A stretch of 24,748 bases of DNA from a virus (IMGVR_UViG_3300005805_000464:1-24748); one strand, 5' to 3'; counted from the stretch's first letter, positions 7,520 through 15,841 are shown. Made by a program: numbers and translations. The notes: generated by a model from the sequence alone, not told the origin.

Positions 7520-9817
7520 TTAAATTGTACAGCTATCGCAAACTTCTTCTACCGGTTTGGACTCTGCATTTTCGTTGGTCATTAAGGTGTTTACATCAAC
7601 TTCACCCTGGCCATCGTTGGTATTAAAATAATATAGAGTTTTAATACCATACTTATAACACATTATCAAATGTTTGAGCATCTCACTCATTGGGATCTTT
7701 TCATCTGGATAATGTTGCGGGTTATAACTGGTATTGGTGCTGATACTTTGGTCAATATACTTTTGCAGTACCGCCATAATTTTCAAATATCCTTCAGGGC
7801 TTTTTTGATCCCAAAGCAGCTCATATTTGTTTTTTAGCTTTCGATATTCAGGCACAATTTGTTTCAGCACCCCATCCTTACTTTGTTTAATACTGATATA
7901 ACTACGTGGGGGCTCAACACCATTTGTTGAATTACTAATTTGACTGCTAGTTTCACTGGGCATCAATGCCATTAAGGTTGCGTTACGTATGCCAGTGGCT
8001 TTCAACTGTTTACGTAGATCATCCCATTTCATTTTGAGATCTTTATTAACCAGCTCATCAACATCTTGCTTATACGTATCTACAGGTAAAATACCTTGAC
8101 CGTATTTTGTATCCTGCCAACGGGTGCATGGTCCCATTTCTTTCGCCAAATCAGCACTGGCCTTAATAAGATAATAACTCCAAGCTTCAGCATATTCATT
8201 GACCTTATTAAGACTCTTTGGATCGCTATAATTAAGATCATTTTTTGCTAACCAATAAGCAAAGTTAACAATGCCGATACCCAAAGGTCTAAATTCCTCA
8301 GTGCTGATCTGCGCTGCCTTAATTGGATAACTTTGGTAGCTGAGCAATGCATCCAAACCACGCACCGATAATACACAATATTTTTCAAATTCAGTTGGAT
8401 CTTTAATCAGTCCCCAGTTGATAGCACTAAGAGTACATAAGCTTATGCGTCCATTCTCATCATTAATATCATCCAATGGTACTGTGGGTAATGTAATTTC
8501 ACAGCAAAGATTACTCATTTTTACTGGGGCCTTTTGTTCAACAAAACTGCCGTGAGTATTAGCATGATCTACATTCATCAAATATATGCGTCCAGTATCC
8601 TTACGTTCCTGCATAAAGGTACTAAAAAGATCTAATGCCTTTACAGTTTTTTTACGTAGACGTGTGTTTCGTTCTGCTTTTTCGTATAACTCTCTAAATT
8701 TATCTTGGTCAACAAAGAAAGCATCATATAGTTCTGGCACATCATTGGGGCTGAATAAGGTTATATCACCACCTGTGATCAATCTCTCATACATAAGTTT
8801 GTTGAACTGCACCCCATAATCCATATGCCGTATGCGTGTATCTTCTGTGCCCTTGTTGTTTTTTAACACTAATAGATCTTCAACTTCTAAGTGCCAAATT
8901 GGATAGTACAATGTTGCAGCACCGTTGCGTACACCACCTTGACTACAGCTACGGGTAGCAGCTTGGAATAATTTATAGAATGGAATCACACCAGTGTGGT
9001 ATGCGTCACCGTTGCGTATTGGACTCTTAATAGCTCTTATTCTACCAGCACCCAAACCAATACCAGCCTTTTGACTTACATATTTTACCACACTGCTAGT
9101 TGTAGCATTAATACTGCTAAGACTATCATCAGTCTCAATTAAAACACAGCTACTAAATTGGCGTTGTGGGGTCCTAACTCCGGCCATTATGGGAGTCGGC
9201 AAGCTAATATAATGTAGACTAGTGGCGTCGTAATAATCTTTAACCCACTGCAACCTTGTATTTTTTGGATACTTAGAAAACAAAGTTGCTGCTATCAACA
9301 TATAAGCGACCTGCGGTGTTTCGTAGATTTGTTTGTTAACACGGTTCTGAACTAGATATTTCCCTCGCCATTGTTCCATAGCTGCATAGGTAAATTCACA
9401 ATCTCGCTCATGATCTATATGGCGGTCCAATTCTTCTAGTTCATCTTCAGTATATGAAGTTAGAATCTCAGAATCATAATATCCAATATCAACATTGCGT
9501 TTTACAAGTTTAACTAGTCTCCATGGTTTGATGTCACCATATACTTCCTTACGTAGATGATAATTAATCAATCTACCTGCCACAAATTGATAGTTAGGGT
9601 GTTCTTCGCTGATAAGATCGGCCGCACTCTTAATAAGAGTTTCTTGGATATCTACAGTTTTCATCCCATTATAAAATTGTATATGGCTTTTAATTTCTAC
9701 TTCACTTGCACTTACGTTGCTTAAATCTTCTGTAGCCCAAAAAACTACCTTGTGGATCTTATCTAAATTTAGTGGTTCTTTAGAACCATTTCTTTTTGTA
9801 ACTTGAATCTGTGTCAT
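7520..9817 (-). CDS. nrdA: Class Ia ribonucleotide reductase alpha subunit
   Basis: ATP cone (VTKRNG), FSSCVL, SNLCCEI, SLCTLS, TLYYFNT and C-terminal CDSC. Confidence 0.97.
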   Translation of the reverse strand: MTQIQVTKRNGSKEPLNLDKIHKVVFWATEDLSNVSASEVEIKSHIQFYNGMKTVDIQETLIKSAADLISEEHPNYQFVAGRLINYHLRKEVYGDIKPWRLVKLVKRNVDIGYYDSEILTSYTEDELEELDRHIDHERDCEFTYAAMEQWRGKYLVQNRVNKQIYETPQVAYMLIAATLFSKYPKNTRLQWVKDYYDATSLHYISLPTPIMAGVRTPQRQFSSCVLIETDDSLSSINATTSSVVKYVSQKAGIGLGAGRIRAIKSPIRNGDAYHTGVIPFYKLFQAATRSCSQGGVRNGAATLYYPIWHLEVEDLLVLKNNKGTEDTRIRHMDYGVQFNKLMYERLITGGDITLFSPNDVPELYDAFFVDQDKFRELYEKAERNTRLRKKTVKALDLFSTFMQERKDTGRIYLMNVDHANTHGSFVEQKAPVKMSNLCCEITLPTVPLDDINDENGRISLCTLSAINWGLIKDPTEFEKYCVLSVRGLDALLSYQSYPIKAAQISTEEFRPLGIGIVNFAYWLAKNDLNYSDPKSLNKVNEYAEAWSYYLIKASADLAKEMGPCTRWQDTKYGQGILPVDTYKQDVDELVNKDLKMKWDDLRKQLKATGIRNATLMALMPSETSSQISNSTNGVEPPRSYISIKQSKDGVLKQIVPEYRKLKNKYELLWDQKSPEGYLKIMAVLQKYIDQSISTNTSYNPQHYPDEKIPMSEMLKHLIMCYKYGIKTLYYFNTNDGQGEVDVNTLMTNENAESKPVEEVCDSCTI

Positions 9818-9834
9818 TGATATATCGCCTTAAT

Positions 9835-10278
9835 CTAAAATTTCTCTAATCCCAGTGACTCACTGGGAATAGTTTTCAACAGTTTTAAATTTTTGTTAAT
9901 GTGTTTCTTATTTACTACTTCGTCGTGGATGTAATTAAGTATATATTTTCCTTGCTCCACAAACACTAAATTATAATGTTCTTTGGTTGAAGGATCAATA
10001 TATACATTTATTTCTAAATTGGGTCTATGTTTTGTAAGATATAAAGTATAAACTATACCTAAAGCTTTTGCAAGATCACAATAGTAATTTTCGTACAATA
10101 ATTCCCATGGATCGGGCCATTTTTCTATATGATCAGTAGTCAAATAATGGGCAACAAAGGGTGCAAAACTCCATAAATGCTGCGTGGCAATTAAAGCATC
10201 TTCCAAAGTTTTGGTGTTAAGTTCTTGTCTAAAATTTTGCCAATAGCGAAGACGTTCGCTAGGATGTTGTTGCCACAT
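9835..10278 (-). CDS. Conserved hypothetical protein
   Basis: 147-aa ORF with a WPDPWELL...YCDLAKALG motif. Confidence 0.75.
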   Translation of the reverse strand: MWQQHPSERLRYWQNFRQELNTKTLEDALIATQHLWSFAPFVAHYLTTDHIEKWPDPWELLYENYYCDLAKALGIVYTLYLTKHRPNLEINVYIDPSTKEHYNLVFVEQGKYILNYIHDEVVNKKHINKNLKLLKTIPSESLGLEKF

Positions 10279-10287
10279 GCAATTAAG

Positions 10288-10794
10288 TTATAAAGTAGAA
10301 AAGCTATATGTTACGTTCGCATCATATCCGTTTGCCAAACTAACAGCAGAAACCTGCGCCGTAGTATTGCCAACGTTGGTCACTGATAAGTTACAAAGCA
10401 AATTTTCTGTCTCAGTGTATTCGTCGTCATAGCTAAGATTTGTACCGTAATAACTTATTTTCATTGACCCAGTTTTGACTGCAATATTAGTACCAGATAC
10501 ATTTCTTATTATTTGATAATTAAGAAATATGCTGGGAGTATTCGCAGTAAATGCGGCAGAAGCCAAATCAACTGTGGTTCCGTCAGGTACAGTTTCACTA
10601 TATTTTTGCTCTAAATCAAGCTCAGTTAATATACGTGTATTACCTACTTCTGGAGCACCTTCATCAATAGTACCGTTACCAATGTAAAGTTCTTGGCTAT
10701 CAATGCTCCATCCAAGTTCTGCAGAACTTAATTGAGGTAAGTTTTCTTGTAATCCCCGTCTATGTTGAATACGGCTAATTTGCACTACTGCCAT
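10288..10794 (-). CDS. Virion protein with Mtd_N-like (fibre-attachment) N-terminal domain
   Basis: IQHRRG...LSSAELGWSIDSQELYIGNG matches the major-tropism-determinant N-terminal pattern. Confidence 0.75.
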   Translation of the reverse strand: MAVVQISRIQHRRGLQENLPQLSSAELGWSIDSQELYIGNGTIDEGAPEVGNTRILTELDLEQKYSETVPDGTTVDLASAAFTANTPSIFLNYQIIRNVSGTNIAVKTGSMKISYYGTNLSYDDEYTETENLLCNLSVTNVGNTTAQVSAVSLANGYDANVTYSFSTL

Positions 10795-10831
10795 AGTTAC
10801 TTCCCTTTAATTTATTATATTTAGCTTTTTG

Positions 10832-10933
10832 TTATTCTGAGGGCAGTGTCTGAGTATAATATTTTTCTAACCTATCATACCATTTTTGAACCCAAAAATC
10901 AAAATCTTTACCTTCAATTACGAATATTTGACA
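10832..10933 (-). pseudogene. Orphan second copy of the exonuclease C-terminus
   Basis: Translates as CQIFVIEGKDFDFWVQKWYDRLEKYYTQTLPSE*, with no ATG. It aligns without gaps to the exonuclease end YQEFHVVDEEFDYYVNLWWDRVEQYYRNQL* (12/30 identical). Confidence 0.85.
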
Positions 10934-11000
10934 TAAATAAAAGTGTAGTTCACGGGATTGCAGTCCCCAACTACTCTAACACTGTAAAGGAGTGCCAGCA
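10934..11000 (+). promoter_or_regulatory. Late-type promoter motif plus structured leader of the HNH gene
   Basis: TAAATA (10934-10939); stem GTAGTT-CAC-GGGAT-TGCA-GTCCC-C-AACTAC; TCTAACA; RBS AAAGGAG partly inside a CACT/AGTG stem. Confidence 0.7.
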
Positions 11001-11747
11001 ATGATATTTATTGATAACAAATATACCAAGTGGTATTATAGCATCATTAATCGTGCTAAGTCTAGACAATTACCAGAAGAAATTAGAACCCAAACCCATC
11101 ATATAATACCGCAATCATTCTTTAAAAAAATAGTCCGAAAGGGACGGAAAGGATGGTTAGATGGAGACCCAGAGGAGCCCACAAATAAAGTAAGACTAAC
11201 TCTTCGAGAGCATCTAATATGTCATTGGTTATTGACCAAAATGATATCTGGTGATGGGAGATACCGAATGGTGGCGGCGCTAAAGCTAATGATCAATAAT
11301 AACAAAAAATCATCCAGGATGTATGAATATTGTAACCGGCTAATACTGGAATCTGGTAGCCCGCTGAAAGGCAGAAAATTTAATCGTACACCATGGAATA
11401 AAGGAATTCCTATGTCCTCACGATCTAAAGAACTCACATCTACTAATTGTAAATTATCTTATCAAAACGGTCGATCACTTTCTCCCACTGTTTTTACTTC
11501 TGGGCATATCCCACACAATGCCATTGGTAATGAATATTATTTTAGAGACCCAAATGGAAATATTTTCAAAACTGACAATGTGACTCGTTTCTGTAAGCGG
11601 CGAGGATTGTCTCCACAGGCGATGTGTGCCATTGCTAGGAAAGAGCGGGGATATCGTTCTTACAAGGGATGGACTTTGGCAAATCCCACAGAAGCTGTTA
11701 TAGTTGATTTCTATAATACTGTTCAACGCGATCCCACCATAAATTAA
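11001..11747 (+). CDS. Free-standing HNH homing endonuclease with NUMOD-like DNA-binding motifs
   Basis: THHIIPQS...NKVRLTLREHLICHWLL HNH core, PWNKG motif and C-terminal HTH-like YKGW module. ATG 11001 is 8 nt after the RBS. This is the only credible plus-strand gene. Confidence 0.88.
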   Translation: MIFIDNKYTKWYYSIINRAKSRQLPEEIRTQTHHIIPQSFFKKIVRKGRKGWLDGDPEEPTNKVRLTLREHLICHWLLTKMISGDGRYRMVAALKLMINNNKKSSRMYEYCNRLILESGSPLKGRKFNRTPWNKGIPMSSRSKELTSTNCKLSYQNGRSLSPTVFTSGHIPHNAIGNEYYFRDPNGNIFKTDNVTRFCKRRGLSPQAMCAIARKERGYRSYKGWTLANPTEAVIVDFYNTVQRDPTIN

Positions 11748-12384
11748 CATAGTAATCAAACTCTTCATCAACCACGTGGAATTCTTGATACTGAAAATCT
11801 TTACTACACATCATAATTAATCCCGACTTAATGTTGGTGCCAAACATTTGATTATGTGCCTGAGCGTAGGCCGCTAGCTGCAAAAAGTAATCCTCAATCC
11901 ACTCACGTTTCTTGGGCTTGTTAGTTTGTTTAAAATCAAAAATGGTTGGTCTATCCTTCCAAATCCCAATCTGATCGCTGGTTCCGGCATATAACCCACT
12001 ATAAAAAAGAGGTACCTCTATACCCCAAACTTCTGATACATTGGGTGAGAGTCCCTCTGCAATAATAGTATTTGCCATAGTATGGCTTTGTTTGCTATAG
12101 GGATTAGTACCAGGTTCATTTATTCGTCCATTCTTAACATAAAGTTCTAACCATTTATGCATCCTAGTACCTCTACTAGCTGCTTCTGTGGTTATTTGTT
12201 GGGCACGTTCTGCACCCATTCTCTTGCGCCAATTATTAAGAACTGCTTTTGCTTCTTCTGGTTTCGTCGCATCTAGAATTGTGGTGACGCTGGGTACCTT
12301 GGAACCGTCAGGAAGGCAGTAATGTCTTTTGCCATTTACTGTTTGTCTATCGATTTTTTTATAATTGAATTTTTCTATAAGCAT
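11698..12384 (-). CDS. PD-(D/E)XK exonuclease (Cas4/MGME1-like phage exonuclease)
   Basis: PSVTTIL, RGTRMH, IEVPL, YAGTSD, IFDFKQT and YFLQLAAYA motifs; start at ATG 12384. Confidence 0.9.
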   Translation of the reverse strand: MLIEKFNYKKIDRQTVNGKRHYCLPDGSKVPSVTTILDATKPEEAKAVLNNWRKRMGAERAQQITTEAASRGTRMHKWLELYVKNGRINEPGTNPYSKQSHTMANTIIAEGLSPNVSEVWGIEVPLFYSGLYAGTSDQIGIWKDRPTIFDFKQTNKPKKREWIEDYFLQLAAYAQAHNQMFGTNIKSGLIMMCSKDFQYQEFHVVDEEFDYYVNLWWDRVEQYYRNQL

Positions 12385-12385
12385 G

Positions 12386-12709
12386 TTACACCGCAAAACT
12401 TGATCCACAACCACATTGACCAGTAGCATTTGGGTTGCTGATCACAAAGCGAGATTCTGTAATAGATTGCTTATAGTCAATCGTCGCACCATTAAGATAT
12501 TGCATACTAGCAGCATCTACCAATGCAAGTTTGTCACCAATATGAATTTCAAAATCGTCATCGTTACGATTTTCATCTAAAGTAAAACCATATTGCATGC
12601 CGCTGCATCCCCCGCCCTCAATAAAGACACGCATGAACATGTTTTTATTTTCTTCTTCGTCAAGGATAGTTTTTATTTTTTTAATTGCTGATTCAGAAAA
12701 GGTAATCAT
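12386..12709 (-). CDS. erpA: A-type Fe-S cluster carrier (ErpA/IscA/HesB family)
   Basis: GGGCSGMQYGF and C-terminal CGCGSSF motifs. Confidence 0.9.
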   Translation of the reverse strand: MITFSESAIKKIKTILDEEENKNMFMRVFIEGGGCSGMQYGFTLDENRNDDDFEIHIGDKLALVDAASMQYLNGATIDYKQSITESRFVISNPNATGQCGCGSSFAV

Positions 12710-12741
12710 ACTTTATACTCCAATTGGTTAGTATAAAGTAT
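12708..12741. repeat. Perfect 12-bp inverted repeat over the erpA RBS and start
   Basis: ATACTTTATACT (12708-12719) and AGTATAAAGTAT (12730-12741), with a 10-nt loop. Confidence 0.85.
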
Positions 12742-12745
12742 TTAA

Positions 12746-13228
12746 TTAGTTTTGTCTACGTTTAAGAGCAGATTTAGCCATATTTGTTACCGTTTGCTCT
12801 GGATTGGTAACTACACTGCCTTCTTTGTCTTGAGGATTTGATACTTGAGTCTTAACGCCTGTGGTAACTGTTATTTTTTCAGGGGTTATGTTTTTCAAAA
12901 TTTCCTTCATCGCAGGAAGGTCTTCGTTGGCCTTGACTAGATCCTCATAATCAAAACCATCTATACCTGCATTTTGAATGTAATCAATTACCATCTGAGT
13001 TGGAATCTCAGGTTTGATGTTTTTGTCTTTTATTTCTCTTTGAATCTGACCTAACACCATAAGCACATCTGAATAATTATTCAAAGCAGTGGAATCATCA
13101 ACATCTTCATTGGCTTTTTTGCGACCTTGGCAATGAGCACGTTGACTAAAACCTTTAGGATTGTCACAATTAATGGAGCGTTTATACTTGTCGCTCCATT
13201 TTTCGTTTAGCAGTTCCCAAGCTCGCAT
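12746..13228 (-). CDS. Hypothetical protein with N-terminal basic Cys-containing module
   Basis: 160 aa; MRAWELLNE is followed by KWSDKYKRSINCDNPKGFSQRAHCQGRKK. Confidence 0.8.
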   Translation of the reverse strand: MRAWELLNEKWSDKYKRSINCDNPKGFSQRAHCQGRKKANEDVDDSTALNNYSDVLMVLGQIQREIKDKNIKPEIPTQMVIDYIQNAGIDGFDYEDLVKANEDLPAMKEILKNITPEKITVTTGVKTQVSNPQDKEGSVVTNPEQTVTNMAKSALKRRQN

Positions 13229-13881
13229 TATCTGCGTTCTCTATCTAACCCTGCTTCGTCAGCGCCACCTAACTCCTCACCAGCATCCATGTCACTTACT
13301 TCTGGTGGTAGTTCTGCACCCGGTTCTTGTGGCATTGTTGGTACTGCCATTGGCTCAGCGGGTGCTTCACCGCTTAGGCCTCTTGCACCGTTGTCCAGTG
13401 CTTCTCTAGCTGCGGCAAGAGCATCTACTAATCCTTGTAATGCTGAACTGGTTGTATTTTTATAAACATCAGCCTGTGCAGTACCAACTTGGTCTTTGAT
13501 GCTGTCAACCAATGGTGGTAGTTGCTCGTTCATCATCTTGCTGGCATCTTCCAACATCTTCTGTACAGAGTCAACCATGTCTTTGGCTGCTAAAACTACC
13601 TCAGCAGTTTCAAGTTCGCCTTCCATTAATGGTTCATGTTGGGTTAGCCAGGCATTTAAACCTTCTTCAACCATTAACATTTCCATATACTTTGAATTGC
13701 GTTCAGCAGTATGAATTCCATAGCTTTTGCGAATCTTACTTAACTGTTCGTTCAATGCTAGACTCAGCCTTTTAGCTTTAGCATAGGATAGGTTGTCATA
13801 ATTTATTTCAAAGCCAAAACGACTTTCCATAACCTTGTTAAGCCTTGTGATTTTCTTAGGTGTTATATCTTTTAAGTTCAT
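13228..13881 (-). CDS. Helical protein with acidic tail, possible head/scaffold protein
   Basis: 217 aa, helical, with a Pro/Glu-rich C-terminus; TAAATA upstream at 13905-13910. Confidence 0.75.
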   Translation of the reverse strand: MNLKDITPKKITRLNKVMESRFGFEINYDNLSYAKAKRLSLALNEQLSKIRKSYGIHTAERNSKYMEMLMVEEGLNAWLTQHEPLMEGELETAEVVLAAKDMVDSVQKMLEDASKMMNEQLPPLVDSIKDQVGTAQADVYKNTTSSALQGLVDALAAAREALDNGARGLSGEAPAEPMAVPTMPQEPGAELPPEVSDMDAGEELGGADEAGLDRERR

Positions 13882-13882
13882 A

Positions 13883-14401
13883 TTAGTCTTCCCAAACTTT
13901 AATATATTTAGCCTGGTTCAATTTTTTTAGCAAATCTTTATTTGCGGTTCTAAAACGTAATTGCAGATCTCTATGCCTAGATTGCCATAATTGATGCTTA
14001 AATGCGTTAGTAGGTTTTCTAACCTGCAATTTTTTATAGTAAAACAACATCTTATCGTATAGTTTCCCCGTTATAATGTCATTTTCTAACAATTCCTGTG
14101 CAATTTTTACACGGTATGTATATTTTGAATTATTCAATACCGCGTAAAATATAGCTGCTTTTTTGTTGTAAAATATATGAACTGTCTTATTATCTGTGCT
14201 AACCTTATATCGTTTATCACCCAGTTCAGTTATCCTATAATTGCCTATGATCCAAGTATGTTTATTCAATGGAACGCAGAGGGGGAATTTATCTTGATTT
14301 TGTAATGTAAAAACTTGTTTTTTAGCCCAACGGTTGATCTTGCTTACCGCAATATCAACCAACATTTTACCTAGTTCGTTTTTTATATGTGATTTGACCA
14401 T
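13883..14401 (-). CDS. Basic hypothetical protein
   Basis: 172-aa Lys-rich ORF; the true start may be slightly downstream. Confidence 0.7.
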   Translation of the reverse strand: MVKSHIKNELGKMLVDIAVSKINRWAKKQVFTLQNQDKFPLCVPLNKHTWIIGNYRITELGDKRYKVSTDNKTVHIFYNKKAAIFYAVLNNSKYTYRVKIAQELLENDIITGKLYDKMLFYYKKLQVRKPTNAFKHQLWQSRHRDLQLRFRTANKDLLKKLNQAKYIKVWED

Positions 14402-14579
14402 CTGCGTTTTTTCTCAATAGAATATCTTTGTTTACTAATTGATTTGCCAACATCTGCTGCCGTTCTGTCATAGTACTCTTAGCCATAACAGGAGTTTCTT
14501 CATCAAATTGAGCCAACAGATCTGCTTCTTCATTTGTAATGGCTACGTTAATATTACTAACAAGTTCGATGATTTTCAC
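14367..14579 (-). CDS. Small hypothetical protein, possible winged-helix-like
   Basis: 70 aa, GTG start; the pattern LANQLVNKDILLRK resembles a winged-helix end. Confidence 0.7.
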   Translation of the reverse strand: MKIIELVSNINVAITNEEADLLAQFDEETPVMAKSTMTERQQMLANQLVNKDILLRKNADGQITYKKRTR

Positions 14580-14583
14580 AGTT

Positions 14584-14844
14584 TTACTTATTAATTAAAT
14601 TTACCAAAAGAATAATAATTGCGGAAAACATAACGCCTATAATTGTTACAGATGCCGCAAAAAGAGCCTTGTTAATTCCACCTGTTTTAGTACTGACAGA
14701 TTCCCTAATGGCTACTACATTCTGCTCAACAATATCCATACGTTTGTCTAAATTGTCTAGTTTTCCGTTCAAAGCATCATACCTTTCCGCGCAAAGCTCT
14801 ACGTGCGCTTCTAGGTTCGTTTTTTCAATATTTGAAGATGACAT
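14584..14844 (-). CDS. Coiled-coil protein with C-terminal TM helix (XhlA/holin-like architecture)
   Basis: LEAHVELCAERY coiled coil followed by one C-terminal hydrophobic helix. Confidence 0.75.
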   Translation of the reverse strand: MSSSNIEKTNLEAHVELCAERYDALNGKLDNLDKRMDIVEQNVVAIRESVSTKTGGINKALFAASVTIIGVMFSAIIILLVNLINK

Positions 14845-14866
14845 CTTCTCTAGTCCTTGTCAAAAG

Positions 14867-14926
14867 GATGCGTTTAAATTGCCTTAATGTGTGCCTTGAT
14901 ATGAGCCTAAAAGTGCCTATTGCATC
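14867..14926 (-). repeat. Four AGGC repeats enclosed by a GATGC/GCATC inverted repeat
   Basis: Plus-strand GCCT at 14881, 14893, 14905 and 14915. Confidence 0.6.
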
Positions 14927-14939
14927 TAGTTTTATTTAT

Positions 14940-15338
14940 CTATAATGCAGGAATAAAAACTATGTTTTTAAGCGGCCCAGTTGTAAAAAATATGGGCAGC
15001 ATGAATCTTGCTGTTTCATTGAGTCCTGTGACTATAGGCACTTCATTAAACTCGTCTTCTAATTCTCTCATAGTATATTCGTAATTTTCACTGGTTACCG
15101 TAAAGGACCAAATTCTATGTTGCCCCTTATATACTTCACCAAAAAATGAATTAGCAGGCAGGTCTGTAGGTAGTTCTTTAATGCCTTCCGTTGGCTCTTT
15201 TATTATAATGGGTTGACAACGTAAACCTAATACTTGTAATACCGTTTCCCAATTACGCTGTTGATCTCGTTCCAATCCTTCACCTCGGGTTACGTTGGTT
15301 TTAGTTATGTCTGCAAGGGTTAAAACAAGATAGTTCAT
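14940..15338 (-). CDS. Conserved hypothetical protein
   Basis: MNYLVLTLADIT...RDQQRNWETVLQVLGLR; TAAATA just upstream. Confidence 0.75.
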   Translation of the reverse strand: MNYLVLTLADITKTNVTRGEGLERDQQRNWETVLQVLGLRCQPIIIKEPTEGIKELPTDLPANSFFGEVYKGQHRIWSFTVTSENYEYTMRELEDEFNEVPIVTGLNETARFMLPIFFTTGPLKNIVFIPAL

Positions 15339-15360
15339 GGTCAATGTTATTTATGAAGTC

Positions 15361-15386
15361 AAAAAGAAAGGCAGCATAAAGCTGCC
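15361..15386 (-). terminator. Intrinsic terminator
   Basis: Minus strand reads GGCAGC-TTTAT-GCTGCC-TTTCTTTTT, downstream of the 15419..15841 gene. Confidence 0.8.
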
Positions 15387-15418
15387 AGTCTTTTCCGTTT
15401 CCGGACTACCCGTGTTAA

Positions 15419-15841
15419 TTAAGCACCAGCTGCGGTCACAAACTGTAGACCTGGCTCAGCAACCTTAACACCAGTCAAGTTCACACCGCTGACTGTTCCC
15501 AGTGCAACAATGTTAGCTTCTAGGTTAGCTGCTGTCCATGCGCTTTCTTCAATAATAACGCTGATCAGACCATTGGTGATACCACCAATGCCTGCACTGC
15601 TAACTTGGTATGCTAGCAGAGTGCTTTGCAGACCCAGTGTGCGAAGAATTGCTTCAACAGCTTCACCTGTGCCTAGTGCATTGGTGAAAGCAACGTTTGC
15701 GTTGATTGAGAAAGCTTGAATTGGCTTACCAATACCTGTGCTGATAGGTACTCCCAAGCTGCTTGCTTCTGTGCTGAATGCGATATTGCCAACGCTAACA
15801 ACATTTTGTGCATTACCATTTGTACGTGTAAAAACTGGCAT
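15419..15841 (-). CDS. Probable abundant virion structural protein
   Basis: 140 aa, A/G/V/T-rich. It has its own TAAATA motif (15884-15889), a 5' hairpin TGCG/CGCA, an AAGGA RBS and a terminator. Confidence 0.75.
   Translation of the reverse strand: MPVFTRTNGNAQNVVSVGNIAFSTEASSLGVPISTGIGKPIQAFSINANVAFTNALGTGEAVEAILRTLGLQSTLLAYQVSSAGIGGITNGLISVIIEESAWTAANLEANIVALGTVSGVNLTGVKVAEPGLQFVTAAGA

Noticed and set aside
6350-9817. Introns or inteins in nrdA/nrdB
   Set aside because: Both ORFs are continuous and of normal length.
10931-11790. Group I intron in the exonuclease gene
   Set aside because: The insert is almost fully occupied by the antisense HNH and its leader, no catalytic core is recognisable, and the gene already ends intact.
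11698-12384. Cas4-like nuclease as evidence of CRISPR-Cas
   Set aside because: No other cas genes, no array and no four-Cys Fe-S motif; an ordinary phage exonuclease.
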